DNA of 64,000 nucleotides from Microcoleaceae cyanobacterium (GCA_051652765.1 JBOFUV010000102.1:1-64000); one strand, 5' to 3'; shown: positions 19,856 to 30,066, numbered from the stretch's first letter. The notes: generated from the letters alone by a model not told the origin. Program-made: numbers and translations.

Positions 19856-19966
19856 ATCTAAATCTTCCAGCGGCTATAATTGTTTGAACCCAATGCCAGT
19901 TGGCTTCCTGCCGACTTTATATAATAGATAACGCCCTATAGAGAGCGCCCTAGGGGAAAGCTGGGA

Positions 19967-20749
19967 TCAGGATTTTAGAGCAGGATATAACCCTTCAAGT
20001 TGCTCTGGAGTGGCAGTTCTCAGCTTGATAGTTTGGGTTGTGCTGGGGGACAACAGGACATCTCGATAGCGTACAAACGTTAGATTTTCTGGGGTCACAG
20101 TCAAGGAAACGGGTGGAGAAGTGGCTAAAAATTCTCGAATACTCTGACTAACAAGGTTCCAACGCTGATCGCTAGGGTTTTGTTGAAACGAGCCTAGGCG
20201 CAGGTAGAAATCGTTGTCCACTGCTGCAGGCTGGCGGTGATACTTGTGCAACAGATTAAAGTGTTGGGCTTTTTTGCGGAATTGATTTAAATCCTGAACA
20301 ATATTTCCGGCTTTGAACGGCCAACCAATCAAGACAACAGTGTTGCCCAATAATTGGAATGACCGCTCAAAGGGAGGTTGATTTTGACTGAGGAATCCAT
20401 AATCCACAGTTGAACAATAGCCGCCAATTTGGATTTGTAAGGGCAGATCTGAAAGCTGATCCAGATAATCTAAAAACCCCAGCCAATTAACATATCTAGT
20501 TTCGCCCCGTTCTGCTTGAAACCAATGACTCAGAATTCCATTGGGAGTTTTCACCCCTTCACAACCGATTAGAGTGGCATGAACCTGCTCGATTGGGCAA
20601 GGTTGAAAGTTGTCCTGAAATTGACCCAACAAATAGCTTTGTAAGCCCAGGATTTGCCTTGAAAAATCAGGAGGTTTTGAACCATAGAAGGAAACCAGGC
20701 TGACATTTGGGCACTCAGGAATAGGAAATTCAGGAATTCTAACGTTCAC
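19967..20749 (-). CDS. Hypothetical protein, possible 2H-phosphoesterase-like fold
   Basis: VHATLIG (HxT) and a later FYLRLG at the expected second-motif position; GTG start 8 nt after the frp stop. Confidence 0.6.
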   Translation of the reverse strand: MNVRIPEFPIPECPNVSLVSFYGSKPPDFSRQILGLQSYLLGQFQDNFQPCPIEQVHATLIGCEGVKTPNGILSHWFQAERGETRYVNWLGFLDYLDQLSDLPLQIQIGGYCSTVDYGFLSQNQPPFERSFQLLGNTVVLIGWPFKAGNIVQDLNQFRKKAQHFNLLHKYHRQPAAVDNDFYLRLGSFQQNPSDQRWNLVSQSIREFLATSPPVSLTVTPENLTFVRYRDVLLSPSTTQTIKLRTATPEQLEGLYPALKS

Positions 20750-20757
20750 TGCTTGTT

Positions 20758-21084
20758 TTACATTCGAGTCAGAGCAGCGACTTTAGTCACCTTGTCCTTG
20801 TCTAAGCCCTCTAGATCCTCAAGTTTGAGCCATCCTTGTTTGACCAACTGAGCAAAGGTAAAAATCAGTTCTGAATAATCATAAGCGTACTTGCCATCGA
20901 TATCATGACGTCTGGCACTCAAAAAATCATGCAACCGCCACAGATCATTTAATTCACTGATGCCACCCGCACTGTCTCGAATAAGCTGAATCAGGGTTAG
21001 CGTTTCTCGTTCATAAGCTTTATCAAAAGCGGCCTTGGCAATGGTTTGCTCTGTTTCAGACCATGTAATCTCACTAACTTGCAT
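20758..21084 (-). CDS. frp: Fluorescence recovery protein
   Basis: WSETEQTIA..AF..AYERE, LWRLHDFLSARRHDIDGKY; directly downstream of ocp. Confidence 0.93.
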   Translation of the reverse strand: MQVSEITWSETEQTIAKAAFDKAYERETLTLIQLIRDSAGGISELNDLWRLHDFLSARRHDIDGKYAYDYSELIFTFAQLVKQGWLKLEDLEGLDKDKVTKVAALTRM

Positions 21085-21281
21085 TATTAGACCTAAAAAT
21101 TAAAAAACTACACAATCATTAATATTAATCTATCTTATATTCCTAGACCACATTCTGCAAAGACCTCATCCCCAATTCCTATAGTTTCGTTTGTATCTTC
21201 GGTTTTAGCCGGTTTAGGGCTTGTTTTGAGGGTCATGTCCTCAGGTTGCTCGTTCCAGTCTTAAGAGCCTGACAACAATAA

Positions 21282-21305
21282 AGCGCCCTCAATGAGAGAG
21301 CGCCT
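21282..21305 (-). terminator. Imperfect hairpin downstream of ocp
   Basis: aagcgccctcaatgagagagcgcc, followed on the - strand by a short T-rich tract. Confidence 0.4.
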
Positions 21306-21376
21306 TGGGAAAGATGAGAAATTTTAAAGAAATTTCAAGGGAGTGATTGCTATGGCAAGCAATCCTCAGCTCACAT

Positions 21377-22336
21377 CTAACGGGAGAAGTTCAACAGTTC
21401 CTTGGGAGAGGCTAACAAGTCAATCGCAACAAAGTAAATCTTGCCCTCAGGATTGAGCAAGAAGCGCCAAGCAATATTCATCCCAACACCACCCCCAAAC
21501 CAGGGGGTTTGAACTTTTCCAGTCACTTTGAGCTGGGTATAGCCTTCGTCAGCCGGTTCAGCCACGCCCTGTTCTGGGAGCAATTTTAGGTTTTGGCACT
21601 CTTCCCGGAAAAACCGAAGCACAGCTTCTTTCCCAATAATTGGGCGACGGAAGGGAGGTTGTAGAGCGCCATCGGGAGCAAATAGCTCAATCAACGCATC
21701 AAAATCATTGGCGTTGAGATTATTCATGTAGCTAGTCACCGTTGCATTGTCGATGCCTTGAATGGTCACCTGGGTACGCTGGGCCATATCCACAGGAGGC
21801 ACAACAGCTTCAGCAATACGAGCGTAAGTCCCCATTTTATTCGGGTCAAATCCCATATCAACCACAGAATTTCGCAAAACAGTGATCTGCTGACCCGGCT
21901 CTAGGTCTTGAATGGATTGCAGCACTACTGCGGCATTGGTAGAAAGTTTGTAGCCTTCTGGAATTGGCGCTACAAGGCCCTGATCCATCCACTCGCCCAA
22001 CTGATACCAAAAGCCCAGCTTGATGTTTGGAGACCAAGTGGCATAGGTACGAGCAATGGGAGTATCAGCCCGATTGGCCAAATCACACATCACTTGAGTT
22101 TGCTGAAGGGGAGTCATTTTCTTGATTTCATTCATGGTTCCCTCTGCAAACTGCATGTTGGCAGCGCCCGGAGCCGCAATGGTAATGGTTTTCCCCATCT
22201 CTAGATATGCAAACCAGATGAGTGCGAGTTGGTCTTCAGCACTCAGTTGAACAAATCTGGCAATCGTGGCAGGCACGGCATCAGCCGCTAAAGTGTTTGG
22301 AAAAATGTTGCGAGCTGAATCAATGGTGAATGGCAT
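21377..22336 (-). CDS. ocp: Orange carotenoid protein (OCP1 type, FRP-linked)
   Basis: MPFTIDSARNIFPNTLAADAVPA; NTD plus NTF2-like CTD with KVQTPWFG. Confidence 0.97.
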   Translation of the reverse strand: MPFTIDSARNIFPNTLAADAVPATIARFVQLSAEDQLALIWFAYLEMGKTITIAAPGAANMQFAEGTMNEIKKMTPLQQTQVMCDLANRADTPIARTYATWSPNIKLGFWYQLGEWMDQGLVAPIPEGYKLSTNAAVVLQSIQDLEPGQQITVLRNSVVDMGFDPNKMGTYARIAEAVVPPVDMAQRTQVTIQGIDNATVTSYMNNLNANDFDALIELFAPDGALQPPFRRPIIGKEAVLRFFREECQNLKLLPEQGVAEPADEGYTQLKVTGKVQTPWFGGGVGMNIAWRFLLNPEGKIYFVAIDLLASPKELLNFSR

Positions 22337-22527
22337 AGATCTACCTCACTTAGGTTTAAAAGGGATTTAAGTAGTTTTTATTGCTTTTTATTGCAAATGC
22401 TACAGAAACCACCTTCAGGATATGAAACTCCTGATCCCTAGCACTTTAAGAAATGTTAAAGGAGGGCATGTTCCAACACTGATCCAGAAGCATTTCTGTA
22501 AGCATTTACTTCTTCTGTCAAGCAATA

Positions 22528-22566
22528 TTTACGCATTTTAACATAACCGTTACGATCCTTTACAAC
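22528..22566. promoter_or_regulatory. Candidate tandem HLR1-like (RpaB) sites in the ocp upstream region
   Basis: tttacgca-tt-ttaacata and gttacgat-cc-tttacaac resemble (G/T)TTACA(T/A)(T/A)-N2 direct repeats. Confidence 0.45.
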
Positions 22567-22610
22567 TGCATGAAGCTATTTGGCTTGCAACCAGACAAGT
22601 CGCAGCACTC

Positions 22611-22670
22611 TGCAATGTTTCAGACTGCAATGTTTCAGACTGCAATGTTTCAGACTGCAATGCTTCAGAA
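22611..22670. repeat. 15-bp tandem repeat x4
   Basis: (tgcaatgtttcagac)x3 + tgcaatgcttcagaa. Confidence 0.95.
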
Positions 22671-22724
22671 AGATTACAGAGTCATCGAATAACTTCTGGG
22701 ATTTTGTGGATTAGTGATCCGGCC

Positions 22725-22905
22725 TGACTTCACAAAGGCGAGACAGCGATTCCGCAGTCCTGGGTTTACAACCCTTGAGGGTTCGATTGCTGAATCAGGA
22801 GGAATAGGTCATCTTCTCCTGACACTAAGGTAGGTTATTATCCTTTGCGCCCAACTTCCTGGATGCCAAGGACTTCGCTGTACAGACTTCACCGCGCCGA
22901 CTTGA
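22725..22905. ncRNA. Candidate structured non-coding RNA, family not identified
   Basis: Nested complementary pairs 22743-49/22875-81 and 22756-61/22869-74; internal hairpins 22770-83 and 22795-801/22816-22; GC-richer than flanks; no ORF in track. Confidence 0.5.
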
Positions 22906-23331
22906 CTGTAATAAAGTGCTAGCACAGCTTGTTATGGCTATTCTAAATCAATCATGAGAGACGTTAGAGAGGGGTTTGGGGACTTCTCACAAATCATTGC
23001 TGATTGCTATTCTCAACTGCTTGTCGTTTAGCCAATAGGTTAATCAGTGCATTTTGTAAAGACTTTGTAAGTGTAAATATTGTGTGTAAATATTGTGTGT
23101 AAATATTTTGTAAGATTGGAGGGTTTTCAGGGAAAATGCTTGGCAAACTTGTAGCGAACTCAGTAATCTGTAGCAATCTCGAGTCATTTGCAGGATTGTA
23201 GTACAGGAATTCTGCCTACATTAGTCCTACATTAGTTAAAATACTGGCACTCCAAATTTCTGACAAATCATTTGAATTTTTTGAAAATCATTAAACATTG
23301 CTATCCCTAAAAAATTATAAGGAGAGAAAGT

Positions 23332-23997
23332 TTGCAGTACCAAATTAATTATAAGCCTGCTTTTGCTACAATTTTTGTCACCTTGAATCCAGGAGAAAGC
23401 ATTGTTTCGGAAGCAGGAGCCATGGCCAGTATGGATGCCAAGTTATCTATGAACACAGCATTTTCTGGCGGTTTTTTCCCTGCTGTAGTTAAAAAATTTT
23501 TGGGTGGAGAAACTTTATTTATTAACACATTTACAAACAACACTCAGCAACCTTTACAGATAGTTTTATCCCAATCTATGATTGGTGATATTGAGTATAT
23601 TGAGCTTAAAAAAGACCAGCAACTTTATTTTCAATCCGGAGCTTATATTGCTAGCTCCAAGAACACTAAACTGGGTGTAGGCTGGGCAGGCTTTGCGAGT
23701 TGGTTTTCTGGCGAGGGCTTGTTTCGCTTGAGAGTTACGGGGCCAGGAGTTGTATTTTTCGGGGGCTATGGTGGGATTACAAAAAAACAAATTACCCAAG
23801 AATTTATTGTTGATACAGGTCATTTACTCGCTTATGAGCCAGGAATTAAATTGGGAGTGGGATTATCGGGAGGTCTATTCAGCTCTATTACCTCAGGTGA
23901 AGGGTTTATCAGTCGATTGAAAGGAAGTGGAACGATTTACTTACAATCTCGCAGTGTGGAAGGATTAGCTCGATTTCTCAGTCCTAGACTCCGATAA
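23332..23997 (+). CDS. TIGR00266 / AIM24 family protein
   Basis: EAGAMASM, GGETLFIN, GEGLF, IVDTGH, SGEG...G.G..YLQSR; TTG start with SD aaggag. Confidence 0.88.
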   Translation: MQYQINYKPAFATIFVTLNPGESIVSEAGAMASMDAKLSMNTAFSGGFFPAVVKKFLGGETLFINTFTNNTQQPLQIVLSQSMIGDIEYIELKKDQQLYFQSGAYIASSKNTKLGVGWAGFASWFSGEGLFRLRVTGPGVVFFGGYGGITKKQITQEFIVDTGHLLAYEPGIKLGVGLSGGLFSSITSGEGFISRLKGSGTIYLQSRSVEGLARFLSPRLR

Positions 23998-24031
23998 AAT
24001 GTGTTTCCCATCCCCAAAAAATTCTAGAGAA

Positions 24032-24103
24032 AGTAAGTTTAGAAATAGTAAGTTTAGAAATAGTAAGTTTAGAAATAGTAAGTTTAGAAATAGTAAGTTT
24101 AGA
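24032..24103. repeat. 15-bp tandem repeat x4.8
   Basis: (agtaagtttagaaat)x4 + agtaagtttaga, between convergent genes. Confidence 0.95.
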
Positions 24104-24142
24104 GACAGTCGTTCAAGGGTAAACGTCATGATTGTGCCTGCT

Positions 24143-24370
24143 TTAACCCTTTTTTAGGGCGAGCTGAGAATACCAGACCGCCTCCTGTTCATTGGTCACG
24201 AGGAAATCCCAATCATTTTTGGTTCCTGCTCCAGCCAAACAGCAGCCAATCACAATCCCTTCAATTTCCTCCCCTTGCCAGGTTGCAATGACGCGATCGC
24301 CCATCTGAAAGCGGGCACTTTCATGCCAAGTTTTCACCTGTTCTGCAAACTGAATTAATCGCTTGTCCAT
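24143..24370 (-). CDS. Small hypothetical protein (possible SH3/KOW-like beta fold)
   Basis: 75 aa with FQMGDRV...GIVIG pattern. Confidence 0.55.
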   Translation of the reverse strand: MDKRLIQFAEQVKTWHESARFQMGDRVIATWQGEEIEGIVIGCCLAGAGTKNDWDFLVTNEQEAVWYSQLALKKG

Positions 24371-24828
24371 CTGTGCCTGCTGAAATCTCTAAGCTGCAAT
24401 TTTTTGTTCTGGCAATTTTCAGTTTAAGAGACCTTGACTGAACCATAGCAAAAAGCTCATCGTACCGATGTAATTTCTAGAACTTAGATTGAACGTTTTT
24501 TATTCTGGGCTAGTCTCTAATATAGAAGGCTCCAGAGCCCGAGTCTGGCCAAAAAAACTGCCAACCACAAGGATTGACAGTGTTCCATTACTCCATAGGG
24601 TATAGAATCCCAAATCTATAGACTAAAAATTAAAAATTTTGCTCCCGACTCACCTAGCGGTAGAGAAATTTGTGTTGGACAGCGGTCGCCAGGGATTAAA
24701 AGCTGTTGTTCCTTGTTGGACAGTCGTTCCAGTTTTTGAGTTGAGTCGAGAAGAGCTTGAGGATTAGAGGCTATGATATACATCATTGATAATTCTTAAT
24801 TTTTGTTTACATAGCTCTAGCCTGCCTA

Positions 24829-26235
24829 ATGCTGATTTCCTCCGATTACTCGACCCAGATCAAGCAGTTCTTCAAGCGAACCCTGTTTCTTGGGAATGAA
24901 CCCACCCTGGAACTTGTTGCAATCCTCATGGTTTATTTTGTGCAAGGCATTCTGGGCCTTGCTCGGTTGGCAGTCAGCTTTTTCTTAAAAGATGACTTGG
25001 GCATGAGTCCAGCAGAGGTCTCAGCCATGTTTGGGATTGTGGCCCTGCCATGGGTAATTAAGCCTTTATTTGGGTTTGTTTCGGACGGTCTGCCGTTGTT
25101 AGGATATCGGCGACGATCTTATCTGATCTTGTCTGGACTGATGGGAACGGCTTCTTGGATCATGCTATCGACTTGGGCTCACACTCCCTGGATGGCAACC
25201 TTGATCATTACGTTGAGTTCTATCTCTGTCGCTATTAGTGATGTCATTGTCGATTCTTTGGTGGTTGAACGAGTCCGCAATGAATCTATTAGCGATGTCG
25301 GGTCTTTACAATCCCTCTGCTGGGGAACCTCTGCCCTAGGGGGATTGGTAACCGCTTATCTGAGTGGCTTTCTCCTAGAACTATTTGACAGTCGAACCAT
25401 TTTTCTGATTACCGCGAGTTTCCCGTTAATCATCTCAAGTGCTGCATGGCTGATTACCGAAGAAAAAGTCAGCCGTCTTTCAAGCTGGGATACGGTCAAG
25501 GGACAAATCAGTCAACTGCGTCAAGCTGTAACCCAGCGGGCAATCTGGCTGCCCACTGCGTTTCTGTTTATCTGGCAAGCCACTCCGACTGCAGATTCGG
25601 CCTTCTTTTACTTCACCACCAATGAGTTGGGATTTGAGCCTGAATTTTTGGGAAGGGTGCGGTTAGTGACGAGCATTGCATCCTTGGGCGGGATTTGGCT
25701 CTTCCAACGATTTTTTAAATCCGTGCCATTCCGCACTATTTTTGGCTGGTCAACAGTTGCTTCTGCGGTCTTGGGGATGACGATGCTGCTGTTGGTCACC
25801 CATGCGAACCGAACTTTGGGCATTGACGATCACTGGTTTAGTTTGGGAGATAGCTTGATCCTCACTGTGATGGGACAAATTGCCTATATGCCTGTGCTAG
25901 TTTTGGCGGCTCGGTTATGTCCTGCTGGGGTCGAAGCAACCTTGTTTGCGCTACTGATGTCTGTTTCTAATTTGGCGGGGTTGTTGTCCTATGAATCGGG
26001 CGCTTTGCTAACCCATGTTTTTCACGTTACAGAAACTAATTTCGAGAATTTATGGCTGCTGGTCGTGCTCACCAACTTAACCACTCTATTGCCCTTACCG
26101 TTCTTGAATTGGTTACCCGATGTCAGCGCTCAAGGAGAGGAAGAACCCGCTCTCATCCTTGCGCCAGAGATGATTGGTAAAAATGTTGTGCCTGAATTCA
26201 TCCCTGAATGTGAAGGGATTGGCATTCGAGATTAA
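24829..26235 (+). CDS. Folate/biopterin MFS transporter (BT1/FBT family)
   Basis: YFVQGILGLARLA, PWVIKPLFG, DVIVDSLVVE, LCPAGVEATLFALLMS. Confidence 0.93.
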   Translation: MLISSDYSTQIKQFFKRTLFLGNEPTLELVAILMVYFVQGILGLARLAVSFFLKDDLGMSPAEVSAMFGIVALPWVIKPLFGFVSDGLPLLGYRRRSYLILSGLMGTASWIMLSTWAHTPWMATLIITLSSISVAISDVIVDSLVVERVRNESISDVGSLQSLCWGTSALGGLVTAYLSGFLLELFDSRTIFLITASFPLIISSAAWLITEEKVSRLSSWDTVKGQISQLRQAVTQRAIWLPTAFLFIWQATPTADSAFFYFTTNELGFEPEFLGRVRLVTSIASLGGIWLFQRFFKSVPFRTIFGWSTVASAVLGMTMLLLVTHANRTLGIDDHWFSLGDSLILTVMGQIAYMPVLVLAARLCPAGVEATLFALLMSVSNLAGLLSYESGALLTHVFHVTETNFENLWLLVVLTNLTTLLPLPFLNWLPDVSAQGEEEPALILAPEMIGKNVVPEFIPECEGIGIRD

Positions 26236-26266
26236 TCCCTTCGTTTTAATTTTTTTGTTTGAAATT

Positions 26267-27754
26267 ATGACAAATACCCAGCTTTCCCATCTTACTTCTG
26301 AACCGTTAGGGCTCTCCTACGACCCCCAAGATTGGCAACAAGGATACCGTTCTCAACCCAATGAGTATGAATATTGGATTGAAGAAATAGCAGGAGAAAT
26401 TCCCCTGGCATTGGAGGGAACCCTGTTTAGAAATGGCCCCGGTTTACTCGATATTCAGGGCCAACCGATTCATCATCCTTTTGATGGAGATGGCATGATT
26501 TCAGCGATTAAATTCTCCCAAGGTCGGGCCCACTATCGTAACCGCCACGTTCGGACTCAAGGGTACGTTGAAGAGCAGAAAGCTGGAAAAATCCTCTACC
26601 GGGGAGTCTTTGGTACTCAAAAACCGGGAGGAGTGTTGGCAAACATATTTGATCTGAGGTTAAAAAATATTGCCAATACTCAGGTGATTTATTGGGGTGG
26701 GAAATTACTGGCCCTGTGGGAAGCTGCCGAACCCCATCGACTTGACCCAGGGTCCCTCGAAACCTTTGGTTTGGATGATCTGGATGGGATTTTGCAGCCC
26801 GGAGATGCCTTTGCGGCCCATCCTCGGATTGATCCGGCCTGTGAATTTGATCAGGGCGATCGCTGTTTAGTCAATTTCTCGATTAAACCCGGCCTTTCAA
26901 CCACGATTACCATTTATGAACTCTCTCCTACGGGCCAACTCCTCCGAAAACACGCCCATTCGGTTCCAGGGTTTGCCTTCATTCATGACTTTGTGATCAC
27001 GCCTAACTCCTGCATTTTTTTCCAGAATCCCGTGGGTTACAATCCCTTCCCGTTCCTGCTGGGCTGGGCTGGAGCCGGAGAATGTGTGCAATTCCAGTCT
27101 GGCAAACCTACTCGGGTGATTGTGATTCCCCGCGATCCTCAAAACCAGCGGTCTGTACAAACCTTTGAAGTAGAAGCTGGATTTGTATTTCACCATGCCA
27201 ATGCCTTTGAACAAGACGGGGAACTAATTGTCGATTCCGTTTGCTACGCGACCTTGCCTGGTGTTGACCCCCAGGCTGATTTCCGCAACACCAACTTTGA
27301 TGATCTCGATCCGGGGCAGTTATGGCGCTTTCAGTTTGATCTTCAGACGGGTTCAGTCCAGAGCCGATTGATTGAAAGCCGTTGTTGTGAGTTTCCCTCG
27401 ATTCACCCTGAACACATGGGACGACCTTACCGTTATGCCTACCTGGGAGCTGCCCATCATGCAACGGGAAATGCGCCGTTGCAAGCTGTTTTGAAGGTGG
27501 ATTTGGAGACGGGCGATCGCCAGAGCTGGAGTGCCGCCCCCCGAGGGTTTACCGGAGAACCGATCTTTGTTCCCCATCCCCAGGGAACTCAAGAAGACGA
27601 AGGTTGGGTCTTGACTCTAGTGTATGATGCCAGTCATCATCGAACTAATATTGTGATTCTTAATGCTCAGAACTTGAATGCTGCTCCAATTGCCCAGTTG
27701 CACCTCAAGCATCATGTTCCCTATGGTCTCCATGGCACCTTTGCTCAGGTTTAG
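26267..27754 (+). CDS. Carotenoid cleavage oxygenase (RPE65/ACO family)
   Basis: RNGPG, HPFDGDG; Fe-ligand His in FAAHP, FIHDF, FHHANA, GLHG; ATG 26267. Confidence 0.93.
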   Translation: MTNTQLSHLTSEPLGLSYDPQDWQQGYRSQPNEYEYWIEEIAGEIPLALEGTLFRNGPGLLDIQGQPIHHPFDGDGMISAIKFSQGRAHYRNRHVRTQGYVEEQKAGKILYRGVFGTQKPGGVLANIFDLRLKNIANTQVIYWGGKLLALWEAAEPHRLDPGSLETFGLDDLDGILQPGDAFAAHPRIDPACEFDQGDRCLVNFSIKPGLSTTITIYELSPTGQLLRKHAHSVPGFAFIHDFVITPNSCIFFQNPVGYNPFPFLLGWAGAGECVQFQSGKPTRVIVIPRDPQNQRSVQTFEVEAGFVFHHANAFEQDGELIVDSVCYATLPGVDPQADFRNTNFDDLDPGQLWRFQFDLQTGSVQSRLIESRCCEFPSIHPEHMGRPYRYAYLGAAHHATGNAPLQAVLKVDLETGDRQSWSAAPRGFTGEPIFVPHPQGTQEDEGWVLTLVYDASHHRTNIVILNAQNLNAAPIAQLHLKHHVPYGLHGTFAQV

Positions 27755-27889
27755 GGCTAGTCTTTATGATGTCAGGTTCGATGATATCCAAAACAGATTG
27801 GATGGGTGACTTGTAGGCTATTTTACCGGAACCACAGAGGTGTCTGATATACTAGAAGACTGTAACAATTTTTAGAAACAAGCTGAACT

Positions 27890-28159
27890 ATGACTCTCAC
27901 GCAACAGCGTAAACAAGAAATCATGGCTGACCATCAGACCCATGAGACCGATACAGGTTCCTCAGATGTGCAAGTAGCGCTGCTGACAGCCCGAATTAAC
28001 AAACTCAGTGAGCATCTCAAGGTCAACAAGAAGGATCATGCCTCCAGACGAGGTTTGCTCCAGATGATTGGCCATCGCAAGCGTCTACTGAGCTACATTC
28101 GCAACCAAGACTTGGCTCGATATCAGGCACTGATTAAGCGGTTGGGGATTCGGGGCTAG
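27890..28159 (+). CDS. rpsO: 30S ribosomal protein S15
   Basis: [28 protein letters not shown]. Confidence 0.98.
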   Translation: MTLTQQRKQEIMADHQTHETDTGSSDVQVALLTARINKLSEHLKVNKKDHASRRGLLQMIGHRKRLLSYIRNQDLARYQALIKRLGIRG

Positions 28160-28230
28160 GGCTTGAACCCAAGTTTGCCAGTCTACGTGAGTTGAGCTTG
28201 TAAGTTAAACTGATGCAACGTTCAGCGTGA

Positions 28231-28868
28231 TAACGTTCAGCGTAATATTGATGAAACAGTCCTATGCCCTCTAAACCGTCTCGTCAGCGTCTTCCCTTTG
28301 AACCTAGCAAAAACGTTAAAAAACCTGCTAAGACAGAGGCTTCAGGAATGCCTTCAAGCTCGGAGCCTTCCCCTGCGGTAGAAACCCGTCAGCCCAAACA
28401 GAAGGTTCAGGCTGTTTCACCACAGGCTTCGATTCGTTCAGCCGATCGAGCAATTCCTGAAGCGGTCAGTCGCCGGATGGTTGCTCGGATGGCAACATTC
28501 TCGGGTGTGCCGTTATTTATGGCAATGGGCACTTTTATTGCCAGTTATCTAATTGTGACTAATGAGATGTTTCCCCTACCTGGCACCGCCGTATTGCTGA
28601 TGAGTTTAGGGTGGTTTGGTTTGAGTGTTGTGGGAGTCAGCTATGGTGTACTTTCAGCCTCATGGGACGAGGAGAATGTTGGTAGTCGATTAGGCTGGCA
28701 GGAGTTTCGGCTGAACTCGGATCGGGCCTGGGGCGCAATCCAGGCAGGGAGACAGCAGTCTAAGGCGCGGCGGGAGAGCGATCGCCAGAAACCCACTCCA
28801 GGGGCCAAGCCTTAAGTCCTAAGCGTTAGAAACTGAGCAATGATGGCTCAACATTACGCTGAACGTTA
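28231..28868. repeat. 21-bp inverted repeat pair bracketing pam68
   Basis: taacgttcagcgtaatattga (28231-28251) vs tcaacattacgctgaacgtta (28848-28868): 20/21 complementary. Confidence 0.9.
28264..28815 (+). CDS. pam68: PAM68 family PSII assembly factor (DUF3464)
   Basis: IPEAVSRRM..RM..FSG.P, two TM helices, SYGVLSASWDE; typical position after rpsO. Confidence 0.92.
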   Translation: MPSKPSRQRLPFEPSKNVKKPAKTEASGMPSSSEPSPAVETRQPKQKVQAVSPQASIRSADRAIPEAVSRRMVARMATFSGVPLFMAMGTFIASYLIVTNEMFPLPGTAVLLMSLGWFGLSVVGVSYGVLSASWDEENVGSRLGWQEFRLNSDRAWGAIQAGRQQSKARRESDRQKPTPGAKP

Positions 28869-29004
28869 AAAAAAAGGAACAACGATTTGAATCTCCCCAG
28901 AGTACGTTACATTAACTGTTAGGGAAAGCGCAGGTTGGGTGCCAGAGCTAGGCTGACTATCCACCTCCTCACTGCAAACTAGTAGGGCAATAGGAAAGAG
29001 TTCA

Positions 29005-30066
29005 ATGATTATCGTGATGAAAGTCGGTTCTCCAGAGTCCGAAATTGAACGAGTTGGCGAAGAGCTTCAGACAACTTGGAATGTTACTCCAGAGAAGATT
29101 GTAGGCAAACATAAGGTTGTTATCGGTTTAGTTGGGGAAACGGCTGATCTTGACCCTTTGCAGTTACGGGAAATCAGCCCCTTTATCGAAGATGTGCTTC
29201 GGGTTGAAAAACCCTTTAAGCGTACTTGCCGAGAGTTTCGCCATGGAGAAGCTAGCGAAGTTGCTGTTCCCACTCCAGCAGGAACAGTTCATTTTGGGGA
29301 AAACCATCCTCTAGTTATTGTTGCGGGGCCGTGTTCCGTTGAAAATGAAGAGATGATCGTTGAAACAGCACGGCGGGTCAAAGCTGCCGGTGCAAAGTTC
29401 TTGCGAGGTGGGGCTTACAAACCCCGGACTTCTCCTTATGCATTTCAGGGCCATGGAGAGAGTGCCCTAGAGCTTTTGGTTACGGCCCGAGAAGAAACAG
29501 GGTTAGGGATCATTACTGAGCTGATGGATGCCGAAGATCTGCCTGTGCTGGGGAAAGTTGCCGATGTCATCCAAGTTGGCGCTCGCAACATGCAGAATTT
29601 TTCGCTGTTGAAGAAAGTGGGCGCTCAGGATAAACCGGTGTTGCTCAAGCGGGGGATGTCTGCCACTGTTGAAGAGTGGCTGATGGCTGCGGAGTATATC
29701 TTAGCAGGTGGAAACCCCAATGTCATTCTCTGCGAGCGCGGGATTCGCACCTTTGACCGGCATTACACTCGCAACACATTGGATTTGTCGGTGATTCCTG
29801 TCCTCCGCCTCTTAACTCACTTGCCCATCATGATTGATCCCAGTCATGGAACGGGGCTAGCTGAATATGTGCCCTCAATGACTTTAGCTGCTATTGCCGC
29901 AGGGACAGATTCTCTCATGATTGAAGTTCACCCCAACCCTGCAAAGGCGCTGTCTGATGGGCCTCAGTCCCTCACTCCAGAACAATTCGACCGACTGATG
30001 CAGGAAATGGCTGTGATTGGCAAGGCGGTTAAGCGTTGGCCGCAGATGGAGCCTGCCTTGGTTTGA
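29005..30066 (+). CDS. aroF: 3-deoxy-7-phosphoheptulonate (DAHP) synthase, class I-beta
   Basis: [41 protein letters not shown]. Confidence 0.96.
   Translation: MIIVMKVGSPESEIERVGEELQTTWNVTPEKIVGKHKVVIGLVGETADLDPLQLREISPFIEDVLRVEKPFKRTCREFRHGEASEVAVPTPAGTVHFGENHPLVIVAGPCSVENEEMIVETARRVKAAGAKFLRGGAYKPRTSPYAFQGHGESALELLVTAREETGLGIITELMDAEDLPVLGKVADVIQVGARNMQNFSLLKKVGAQDKPVLLKRGMSATVEEWLMAAEYILAGGNPNVILCERGIRTFDRHYTRNTLDLSVIPVLRLLTHLPIMIDPSHGTGLAEYVPSMTLAAIAAGTDSLMIEVHPNPAKALSDGPQSLTPEQFDRLMQEMAVIGKAVKRWPQMEPALV

Noticed and set aside
22611..22670. Possible CRISPR array (also 24032-24103)
   Set aside because: Head-to-tail 15-bp units with no spacers and no cas genes
22725..22905. 6S RNA, SRP RNA, tmRNA or known riboswitch identity
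   Set aside because: No diagnostic motifs recognised by eye; left as an unidentified candidate
22994..23176. 60-aa - strand ORF
   Set aside because: Runs through a 13-bp tandem repeat in AT-rich promoter-like DNA; likely spurious
28231..28868. Transposon or MITE carrying pam68
   Set aside because: Core gene in normal synteny, no transposase and no evident target-site duplication
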